Positions 1 to 7,247 of a stretch of 63,895 bases of DNA are shown here, piece by piece. Source of the DNA: an uncultured Clostridia bacterium (lineage in GTDB: Bacteria > Bacillota > Clostridia > Christensenellales > Borkfalkiaceae); the NCBI GenBank assembly GCA_947630035.1, contig CANRFW010000001.1:1-63895 (forward strand), given 5' to 3'. The notes beneath the pieces are model-generated. The model did no database searches. It was not told the origin of the DNA and saw nothing but the letters and a program-made list of their open reading frames with translations. Each line of letters starts with the position of its first letter. Position 1 is the first letter of the stretch. Both the position numbers and the translations under genes were made by a program.

Positions 1-900
1 AGGGGGGTGGGCACCGAGGAAAGGGCGGTTCCAAAGAAAGCCCTCCCCCTGCGTCAGGGGGAGGGGTAGGGGTGAGGGTCCGCCCTCGAATACCGCTTAC
101 CTCTTGGCCTCTCCTCGAGGACGCCGTAGGCGTGCCTTGCGCTGAAGCTCCGCCGTTTTCGGCGGTGATGAGGCGGTAGAAATGGGGTACACCTTTTTAT
201 ACACCTCATCCGTCACGGCAAGGGCAGCCGTGACACCTTCCCCTCACAAGGGGAAGGCAAGGACGGGCGCCCGCCTCCACGTCACCCCGAGCGTAGTCGA
301 GGGGTGACCGCATTACCGCACGTCATGTCTCGACTACGCTACTTCGCCTATGGCTCGTGCCGCCCTTGGATAGCATTCATAGCTGCGGGCGGGGCGACAT
401 GACGTGCGTCCTGTGGCGTCCTCGAGGAGAAGACGAGGGCAGGGCGGGGTCCTCATTCCGAACGGAGCCGTAGGCGGAGTGAGTGAATCTTCCCATGAAA
501 GATACGCTCCGCCGCTATGCGGCGTCGGTATGAGGAGAAGGGTGTCGCGTAACACCGGCCCCCTCCGCGGGAGGGGGGTAGGGGGGTGGGCACGAACCGC
601 TTATATACGTCATGTCGTCCCGACTGTATACGTCATGTCGAGCATCGTCGAGACATGACACGTTTATACCACGTCACCCCTCGACTGCGCTCGGGGTGAC
701 GTGGCGGGACGGGGTGACGTGCGTTCCGCCCGCATGTACAATACGTCATTCCGACGCCGCGCCTTTTGCGGCGGAGGAAACTCATCTTATTGAACGACAC
801 GGAGGACACCTCATCCGTCACGGCAAGGGCAGCCGTGACACCTTCCCCTCACAAGGGGAAGGCAAGGGCGGGGCGTAAAAATTTGTGCAGTTTGTACAAC
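1..900. repeat. Noncoding mosaic of GC-rich hairpin-forming repeat modules (REP/BIME- or MITE-like)
   Basis: No credible ORF. A 61-bp module at 202-262 recurs identically at 807-867. The hairpin at 281-308 recurs inverted at 673-700. Modules at 41-101 and 451-508 recur at 30011-30071 and 32237-32293. Confidence 0.75.
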
Positions 901-930
901 TTGCAACCCCATCTTTGTAGAGATTTTTAC

Positions 931-959
931 TTGAATTTTCCCCCCGTTTCGTGTACAAT
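931..959 (+). promoter_or_regulatory. Sigma-A type promoter for the ABC ATPase gene
   Basis: TTGAAT (931-936), 17-nt spacer, TACAAT (954-959), followed by SD GGGAGGAAG and the ATG at 998. Confidence 0.55.
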
Positions 960-997
960 AATATCATAAAATCAAGCTTTCCAAAAGGGAGGAAGTT

Positions 998-2407
998 ATG
1001 TCCGGTCTGTTACTCAAAGGCATCAACAAAATCTACCCCGGCGGCAACCAGGCAGTCTTCAATTTCTGCCTCGACATCCGGGACAAGGAATTCATCGTCT
1101 TCGTCGGTCCTTCCGGCTGCGGTAAGTCTACGACCCTCCGCATGATCGCCGGCCTCGAAGAGATCTCCTCGGGCGAGCTGTATATCGACGGCAAGCTCGT
1201 GAACGACGTCGTCCCCAAGGACAGAGATATCGCGATGGTCTTCCAGAACTACGCGCTCTATCCCCACATGTCCGTGTACGACAACATGGCGTTCGGCCTC
1301 AAGCTCCGCAAGGTCCCGAAGGACGTCATCAACGAAAAGGTCAAGGCGGCTGCCGAGATCCTCGGTATCACCGATTACCTCTCCCGCAAGCCGAAGGCTC
1401 TTTCGGGTGGTCAGCGCCAGCGTGTTGCGCTCGGCCGTACGATCGTCCGTGAACCCAAGGTCTTCCTTCTCGACGAGCCTCTCTCCAACCTCGATGCGAA
1501 GCTCCGTGCGCAGATGCGTACCGAAATCTCCAAGCTCCATGTCCGCCTTGCGACGACGTTCATTTACGTCACGCACGACCAGATCGAGGCCATGACGATG
1601 GGTACCCGTATCGTCGTCATGAAAGACGGGTTCATGCAGCAGGTCGATACCCCTCAGAACCTCTACGATTACCCGATCAACCTCTTCGTTGCGGGCTTCA
1701 TCGGCACGCCCCAGATGAACTTCTTCAAGAAGTCCACCATCACGCAGGATGCGAGCGGCAAGGTCTATGTCAACTTCATCGGCGGCAACAAGATCGTTCT
1801 TCCCAAGTCCATGGTCGCGAAGATCAAGAACTTCGAAGAATACGTGAACACCGATAAGCTCGTCACCCTCGGCGTCCGTCCCGAGGATATCCATGAGGAC
1901 GATCTCTTCATCTCCAACTCGCCCGAGACCGTTGTGAAGGCGAAGATCGAAGTCATCGAGAAACTCGGCGCCGAGACGCAAATCTACTGCGACCTCGACT
2001 ACGAGAGCGACAAGAACTCCGTCGTCGACAATGCGGCGCAGATGATCGCGAAGATCTCCTCCCGTGCGACCGTGGAACTCGGCGAGATCGTGGAGCTTGC
2101 GTTCGACGCACAGCACATTCACCTCTTCGACGACTACACCGAAGCGACGATGCTGGAGCGCGACGAGCATTACGACGTGATCCCCGAGAATGCAGAGGGT
2201 GCGGCGTTCGTACCTCCTACACCTCAGGAGATGAAGGAAATGATCGACAAGGCGCGCGTCGTCACCAAGGAGATGAAGCGCGAGGCGAAGCGCCAGGCGA
2301 AGTTCGCCGCGAAGAAGGCGGAGGCCGAAAGAAAGGCCGCCGAGGAAGCGGGCGAGGTCGAGGAGACCGAGACGCCTTCCGACGACGAACCCAAGAGCGA
2401 AGAGTAA
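998..2407 (+). CDS. MsmX/MalK-type sugar ABC transporter ATP-binding protein with a Lys/Glu-rich C-terminal tail
   Basis: 469-aa ORF with Walker A GPSGCGKST, signature LSGGQRQR and Walker B FLLDEPLS. A MalK-like regulatory C-domain is followed by a roughly 90-aa charged low-complexity tail. Confidence 0.9.
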   Translation: MSGLLLKGINKIYPGGNQAVFNFCLDIRDKEFIVFVGPSGCGKSTTLRMIAGLEEISSGELYIDGKLVNDVVPKDRDIAMVFQNYALYPHMSVYDNMAFGLKLRKVPKDVINEKVKAAAEILGITDYLSRKPKALSGGQRQRVALGRTIVREPKVFLLDEPLSNLDAKLRAQMRTEISKLHVRLATTFIYVTHDQIEAMTMGTRIVVMKDGFMQQVDTPQNLYDYPINLFVAGFIGTPQMNFFKKSTITQDASGKVYVNFIGGNKIVLPKSMVAKIKNFEEYVNTDKLVTLGVRPEDIHEDDLFISNSPETVVKAKIEVIEKLGAETQIYCDLDYESDKNSVVDNAAQMIAKISSRATVELGEIVELAFDAQHIHLFDDYTEATMLERDEHYDVIPENAEGAAFVPPTPQEMKEMIDKARVVTKEMKREAKRQAKFAAKKAEAERKAAEEAGEVEETETPSDDEPKSEE

Positions 2408-2421
2408 AACTCCGTAACACA

Positions 2422-2457
2422 AAAGAGCGTTTGCCGCGCGGCAGGCGCTCTTTTTTT
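2422..2457 (+). terminator. Rho-independent terminator
   Basis: GC-rich hairpin (AAGAGCG...CGCTCTT) followed by a T7 run, about 15 nt after the stop codon. Confidence 0.7.
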
Positions 2458-2476
2458 GGCTTTTTCCGCGAAAGGA

Positions 2477-2505
2477 TTGACAAAACCCGCGGAAACGGCT
2501 ATCAT
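2477..2505 (+). promoter_or_regulatory. Sigma-A type promoter
   Basis: TTGACA (2477-2482), 17-nt spacer, TATCAT (2500-2505), 32 nt upstream of the ATG at 2538. Confidence 0.55.
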
Positions 2506-2537
2506 AGAGGGAAGAACAGAAAGGGGAGGGAAGCCGC

Positions 2538-3503
2538 ATGTGGTGGAACGTGATCGTTGATGCGCTCTTGGATACGCTCTGGCTTTTTCCTTTTCTCCTT
2601 CTCCTCTATATCCTCATCGAGCTGATGGAGCATAACACGCGGCTCGGGAAGCCCTTCAAGGCGCTCTCTGGCAAGTGTGCGCCCCTCATCGGCTCGGCGG
2701 CGGGGCTTGTCCCCATGTGCGGATTTTCGGTGATGGCGGCCAAGCTCTACCGTCACCGCCATATCACCCTCGGCGCCCTCTTCGCCGTCCTCATCTCGAC
2801 GAGCGACGAGGGGCTGCTCGTCCTTCTCCTCTCCACGGCGGGGGGGTTCGGCTGGGCGGACAAGGGCATCGCGATAGGGCTATTATGCGGCATCAAGCTC
2901 CTCTTGGGCATTCTCATGGGGTACGCGGTCGACCTCGTCGGTGCGCGGAAACGCCACGTCGCCCCCCTGCCCGAACCCGCCGAACATGAACACGAACATG
3001 AACACGGCCACGACCACGATGAGGACGAAGAGGACCACGAACACGGCAACTGTGAGTGTGCGGAGCTTTCGGTGTGCGAGCATAAAAAGGTAAGCACCTT
3101 GCGGCTCTACCTCCTTTCGCCCCTCCTGCACGCCCTGCAAGTGGCGGCGTTCGTCCTCCTCGCCAACCTCATTTTCGGGTTCCTCATCTACGGGATCGGC
3201 GAGGACAGGCTCGTTGCCTTTTTGCAGGCGGACGGCTTCTATTGGGCACAGCCCGCCGTCTGTGCGCTCGTGGGGCTTATCCCCAACTGCGCCTCCTCCG
3301 TCCTCCTCGCGGAGACCTATGCCCTCGGCGGCATCGGCTTCGGCGGCCTCCTCGCGGGGCTTACGGTGAACGCGGGGCTTGGCTATCTCGCCCTCTTCCG
3401 CGGGAAAAAGGAACTCGGGCGGGCGTTTGCGATCGTGGGCGGCATGCTCGCGCTCTCCCTTGCGGCGGGGTACGCCGCGAATGCAATTTGGCTTTTGATA
3501 TAA
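2538..3503 (+). CDS. Polytopic membrane protein with a His-rich loop, ArsP_2-like putative heavy-metal exporter
   Basis: 321-aa hydrophobic ORF with SD GGGGAGGG. The central loop reads EHEHEHEHGHDHDEDEEDHEHGNCEC. The N-terminus resembles the putative 10TM heavy-metal exporter family. Confidence 0.6.
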   Translation: MWWNVIVDALLDTLWLFPFLLLLYILIELMEHNTRLGKPFKALSGKCAPLIGSAAGLVPMCGFSVMAAKLYRHRHITLGALFAVLISTSDEGLLVLLLSTAGGFGWADKGIAIGLLCGIKLLLGILMGYAVDLVGARKRHVAPLPEPAEHEHEHEHGHDHDEDEEDHEHGNCECAELSVCEHKKVSTLRLYLLSPLLHALQVAAFVLLANLIFGFLIYGIGEDRLVAFLQADGFYWAQPAVCALVGLIPNCASSVLLAETYALGGIGFGGLLAGLTVNAGLGYLALFRGKKELGRAFAIVGGMLALSLAAGYAANAIWLLI

Positions 3504-3531
3504 ACGGGGCAGCAGCCCCTGCGGAGGAACC

Positions 3532-4599
3532 ATGCGATTTTATCCTTCCGTACCGAAGAGAAACCCCGGAGCGGGGGACGGAAGGATTGGATTTTGCACG
3601 GTGGAGGATGGGGTCCGCGAGACCCTTTCGCGCACGGCGGGCAGGGCGCTCTTCGTGACGGACGGCACGGCGCTTGCCGCGTTCTCCTCCGTCTCCTCCC
3701 CCCGCGCGACCTTCCTCGTTTACGACGGGGACGCCCTCCCGCTCTTCTGCCTTGCGGACGGGGTGGGGTGCATCCTCGTTGCGGGGAGCGGGGAGACCGT
3801 CCGCGCCGCGCGGTACTTCGCGGAGGCGTGTTCCGTACCCTGTGCGATCTTCCCCGCCGAGGCCGCCTCGGACGGCGTTTTTGAGGACATGGGGTGCGTT
3901 TTTTTGGACGGAGCGCCCCACACCGTCCCCCTGAAAGCGGGGGAAGTATACTACGATCTCACCCTCTCGGAGAAGAGCGCCGCCGAGGGTTATGCGCGGC
4001 TCCTCGTAAGCCGCCTTGCCCTCTTCGAGGAGAGGATGCTCGCGGGCATTCTCCGCCGCGAGCGCTGTCCCCGTTTCGAGGAGGGGTACGCCGCCCTCGC
4101 GGGAGCGGGGGAAGATGTTGCCTCGATCGTCCGCGCGAACGCCGCCCTTCGCCTTGCGGAGGCGGGGGGACTGTGTACGGGAGAGGGGACAGTCCTCTCC
4201 CGCGGACTTGCGGGCGCCGTCCCCTCATGGCGGGCCTACCGCGCCCTCCTCGGGCTGTACCTCGCCTTCTTCCGTTTCGGCAAGCCGCGGAAATACGTCG
4301 TCCCCGACTATGCCGCCCGCGCACGGGAGGCGGGAACGGAGTACGGGAAGCTCGTCATCCCCACCCCCATGGAGAATAGGTCCCGCGCCCTCTCTTTGGA
4401 GAGCATGCGGGCGGAGGCGCTGCGGGAGCTTGTCCCCCTCGAGAGGCGGGCGGAGCGCGATCTGCGCGTCCTGCGCACCCTCCACGGCTCCCTCTTTCCC
4501 GAGGGGTGCGGCAAAAAGGAATGGAAATATCTGCCCGAACGCTGTCCGCGGTCTCTGACGGCGCTCATGCGCGATTTCGGGCTTCTGGAGCAGTTATGA
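3532..4599 (+). CDS. Hypothetical protein, distant glycerol-1-phosphate dehydrogenase / iron-ADH (AraM/EgsA)-like
   Basis: 355-aa ORF with SD GGAGGA. The N-half (LFVTDG, ILVAGSGETVRAARYFA) is reminiscent of G1PDH/DHQS-like folds, but the canonical metal-binding motifs are not obvious. Confidence 0.45.
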   Translation: MRFYPSVPKRNPGAGDGRIGFCTVEDGVRETLSRTAGRALFVTDGTALAAFSSVSSPRATFLVYDGDALPLFCLADGVGCILVAGSGETVRAARYFAEACSVPCAIFPAEAASDGVFEDMGCVFLDGAPHTVPLKAGEVYYDLTLSEKSAAEGYARLLVSRLALFEERMLAGILRRERCPRFEEGYAALAGAGEDVASIVRANAALRLAEAGGLCTGEGTVLSRGLAGAVPSWRAYRALLGLYLAFFRFGKPRKYVVPDYAARAREAGTEYGKLVIPTPMENRSRALSLESMRAEALRELVPLERRAERDLRVLRTLHGSLFPEGCGKKEWKYLPERCPRSLTALMRDFGLLEQL

Positions 4600-5381
4600 C
4601 CAAGGAAGAGATCCTCGCCTCCGCCGACCTGTTTCTTCTCGATCTCGACGGCACCCTCTATCTCGGCGGGCGTCCGATCGGGGCGGCGAAAGAGACGCTT
4701 GCGCGCCTGCGGGACATGGGGAAGAAGCTCGTCTACCTCTCCAACAATTCCTCCCGCACGGAGGCGGAATACCGCGAAAAGCTCACCCATATCGGCTTTT
4801 TCGACGAAAGGGACGGCATTTTCACCTCCGCCACGGCGACGGAGGCGTACCTCAAAGAGCATCATGCGGGGAAGAAAGTTTTCCTCCTCGGGACGGAGAA
4901 GCTCCGCGAAGAGTTTGCGGGGCGGGGGATCGCGCTCGACGGGGAGGACCCCGACCTTCTCGTCCTCGCCTACGATGTGGAGCTTACCTTCGAAAAGCTC
5001 CGCCGCTTCGATAAGTTTTTGCGCCGCGGGAAGCCCTATCTCGCGACCCATCCCGACGACGTCTGCCCCACGGAGGACGGTTCCATGCCCGACATCGGCT
5101 CCTTCATCGAGCTGTTCGCCCGCTCCTCGGGGAGACGCCCCGACCTCGTGATCGGCAAGCCGTACCCCCTCATGGCGGAGGAGACGGAAAAAATTTACGG
5201 CGTCCCCCGCAGCCGCATGTGCGCCGTGGGCGACCGCATGTACACCGATATCCGCTTCGGAAACAGGAACAACATAAAGACCGTTCTCGTCCTCTCGGGG
5301 GAGACGACGGAGGAGAATATGAAAAATTTTCCCGACCGTCCCGATCTCATCCTGCCCGATATCAACGCGATCTTGCCGTGA
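4596..5381 (+). CDS. HAD-IIA family hydrolase (NagD/AraL-like sugar phosphatase)
   Basis: Motifs LLDLDGTLY, YLSNNS and VGDRMYTDI. The ATG at 4596 overlaps the upstream stop (ATGA). The part of the tracked ORF upstream of 4596 is a read-through artefact. Confidence 0.85.
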   Translation: MTKEEILASADLFLLDLDGTLYLGGRPIGAAKETLARLRDMGKKLVYLSNNSSRTEAEYREKLTHIGFFDERDGIFTSATATEAYLKEHHAGKKVFLLGTEKLREEFAGRGIALDGEDPDLLVLAYDVELTFEKLRRFDKFLRRGKPYLATHPDDVCPTEDGSMPDIGSFIELFARSSGRRPDLVIGKPYPLMAEETEKIYGVPRSRMCAVGDRMYTDIRFGNRNNIKTVLVLSGETTEENMKNFPDRPDLILPDINAILP

Positions 5382-5445
5382 CCCGTTTGAAAACCGCTCC
5401 TTTGCGGTATGAAATAAAAAAGCCGCTTGTGCGGCGGAGGAAGAA

Positions 5446-5754
5446 ATGAAGGAAGTTACGTTCGGCGGGCGCACGCCCGCGCTCACAGTCACCCTCACGG
5501 GGATCATCGACTCGGGCAACGCGGATGAGTTTTACGAGGAGGTCGCCGCGGAATACCGCAAGGCCCCCGCGGATCTCGTCTTCCGCTGTGTCGGGCTGGA
5601 GTTCATCGACTCCACGACCCTCGGGACTTTCGTAAAACTCATGAAAGTCGCCGAAGCCGAAGGGCACAAGGTGCGCCTCGAGGGGCTTCGGCCGAGCATC
5701 CGCAAACTCTTTGTGATCTGCGCGCTCGACACCATTATGGAGATACCGGAATGA
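5446..5754 (+). CDS. STAS-domain anti-sigma-factor antagonist (SpoIIAA/RsbV-like)
   Basis: 102 aa. FIDSTTLG matches the phosphorylatable Ser/Thr loop of anti-anti-sigma factors. It is the first gene of a translationally coupled four-gene set. Confidence 0.8.
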   Translation: MKEVTFGGRTPALTVTLTGIIDSGNADEFYEEVAAEYRKAPADLVFRCVGLEFIDSTTLGTFVKLMKVAEAEGHKVRLEGLRPSIRKLFVICALDTIMEIPE

Positions 5755-6110
5755 AAGAGCTGCTTTCGCTGCGGTTCCCTTTGGGAAACGAGGGCATGAC
5801 GACGGTCCGCCTCGCAACGGGCGGGGTCTGCTCGCAGGCGGGGCTCGATCTCGATGCGAGCGAGGACTGCAAGGTCTGCGTAACGGAGAGCCTTCTCCTC
5901 CTGTGGCACGCGGGTTACGGGCGGGCGGAGCTTGTCTTCTTTGAGGAAAACGGGCTGTGTGCGCGCATCGCGGGCGAGGAGAGCGGAGAGGGCAGGGCAT
6001 GTGCGGAGGACGAGATCTCTTTCGCCCTTCTCGGTGCGCTCGCCTCCGACGTGTGTACGGAAAAGAGGGAGGGGAGGCTTTCGGGCATCTCCTTCCGCTT
6101 CGGGAAGTGA
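5751..6110 (+). CDS. SpoIIAB/RsbW-like anti-sigma paralog lacking ATP-binding motifs (putative pseudokinase)
   Basis: 119 aa with an ATGA overlap with the STAS gene. Its layout resembles GHKL anti-sigma kinases, but the N-box reads VTESLLLLWHAGYG (no Asn) and no G-boxes are present. Confidence 0.55.
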   Translation: MKELLSLRFPLGNEGMTTVRLATGGVCSQAGLDLDASEDCKVCVTESLLLLWHAGYGRAELVFFEENGLCARIAGEESGEGRACAEDEISFALLGALASDVCTEKREGRLSGISFRFGK

Positions 6111-6111
6111 T

Positions 6112-6834
6112 ATGACGGACGCGGAACTTTTTCGGAAATACCGCGAGACGGGGGACTCTGCGATACGGAACGAGATCGCGGAGAAGTATCTCTATGTCGC
6201 GAAAGTACTTGCGAAGAAGTTCGTCGGGCGGGGAGTGGAGTACGACGACCTCCTACAGGTCGCCTCCCTCGCCCTCATCAAGGGGATAGACCGCTTCGAC
6301 GAGACCAAGGGGATGCAGTTCTCCACCTTCATCACCCCCACGATCACGGGGGAGATCAAGAACTACTTCCGCGACCGCTCCCGCCTCGTCCACCTGCCGA
6401 GAAAGGTGGCGGAACTCCGCAGTGCGGTGAAGCGCGTCTCGGACGAAATGCTCGCGGAGAGCGGCAAAAAGGCGAGCGCGAGGGAGATCGCGGAGAGGCT
6501 CGGCGTCTCGGAGGAAGAGGTCGTACGGGCGGCGGAGGCGGGCATCGTCGTCTCCCTCGACCGTCCCGCGCCCACCGAGGACGGAGGGGGGTATTACGAC
6601 GTGATCCCCTCCCGCGACGATTCCTTCGAAAAGCTCGAATCGCACGACGAACTCCGCTCCGCCGTGGAGATCCTGAACGACCGCGAGCGCGAACTCGTGC
6701 GCTGCCGCTTCGGGGAGGAACTCTCCCAGACGGAGACGGCGCGGCGCATGGGGGTCTCGCAGATGTACGTCTCCCGCCTCGAGCGCAAGATCCTCGAAAA
6801 ACTGCGGGAACGCATGGGAGAGGGCGCGGTATGA
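6112..6834 (+). CDS. Group 3 sigma-70 family sigma factor (SigB/SigF-like)
   Basis: 240 aa from the ATG at 6112. Region 2 reads DDLLQVASLALIKGIDRFD and TPTITGEIKNYFRD. Regions 3 and 4 include MGVSQMYVSRLERKILEKL. Confidence 0.9.
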   Translation: MTDAELFRKYRETGDSAIRNEIAEKYLYVAKVLAKKFVGRGVEYDDLLQVASLALIKGIDRFDETKGMQFSTFITPTITGEIKNYFRDRSRLVHLPRKVAELRSAVKRVSDEMLAESGKKASAREIAERLGVSEEEVVRAAEAGIVVSLDRPAPTEDGGGYYDVIPSRDDSFEKLESHDELRSAVEILNDRERELVRCRFGEELSQTETARRMGVSQMYVSRLERKILEKLRERMGEGAV

Positions 6835-7190
6835 CGGAGTGGATCGAAGACTTCGCGGCGCTCCGCAGGGCGCTCGAAAGGCTGTGCGCCGCCCTCGAGG
6901 GACTTCCCGAGGAGACGGTATTCGACAGCCGCCTCGTCGCAAACGAGCTGCTCTCCAATGCGCTGCAATACGGCGGCGGGCGGGCGAAACTCACCTATCG
7001 GCTCGGCGAGGGGGAAGTGCATATCAGCGTGAAGAGCGCAAACGGCTTCCGCCCCCCCGAAAAGACAGCGCTCACCGCCCCCTTATCGGAGCGCGGAAGA
7101 GGGCTTTTCCTCGTGGACGAACTCGTCTCCTCCCGCATTTTCAGCGAGGCGGAGGGGATCTGCGTCGTCCTCAAATTCGGTCAAAATTGA
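6831..7190 (+). CDS. Anti-sigma factor serine kinase (SpoIIAB/RsbW-like, HATPase_c)
   Basis: 119 aa with N-box ANELLSNALQYG and G-box GRGLFLVDE. ATGA overlap with the sigma gene. Confidence 0.75.
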   Translation: MTEWIEDFAALRRALERLCAALEGLPEETVFDSRLVANELLSNALQYGGGRAKLTYRLGEGEVHISVKSANGFRPPEKTALTAPLSERGRGLFLVDELVSSRIFSEAEGICVVLKFGQN

Positions 7191-7201
7191 TATATGGGGT
7201 C

Positions 7202-7239
7202 AAAAAAAACGGCCTACCTGCTCGGGTAAGCCGTTTTTT
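7202..7239. terminator. Bidirectional hairpin terminator between convergent genes
   Basis: An A8 run, the stem CGGCCTACC/GGTAAGCCG, then a T6 run. It lies between the stops at 7190 (+) and 7248 (-). Confidence 0.7.
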
Positions 7240-7247
7240 GTATCCTT

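Noticed and set aside
1-900. A possible CRISPR array, suggested by the repeated short palindromic units.
   Set aside because: The repeats are of several different kinds, irregularly spaced, sometimes inverted, and not separated by unique spacers of uniform length. No cas genes lie nearby.
334-969. Several 60-90-aa ORFs inside the 1-900 repeat array.
   Set aside because: They lie within hairpin repeat modules, lack SD sites, have Arg/Pro-rich translations, and their frames are broken differently in the other copies of the same modules.
1010-2539. A 509-aa minus-strand ORF antisense to the ABC ATPase gene. Similar long antisense ORFs are 9198..11465(-), 17053..18147(-), 27658..29961(-), 33997..35922(+), 37247..38632(-), 40726..43614(+), 49447..51123(+) and 51380..53305(+).
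   Set aside because: These are shadow ORFs of the kind typical in high-GC DNA. Their translations are Arg/Gly/Pro/Asp-rich low complexity with no recognisable motifs. In every case the opposite strand encodes a protein with unmistakable family signatures and a good SD.
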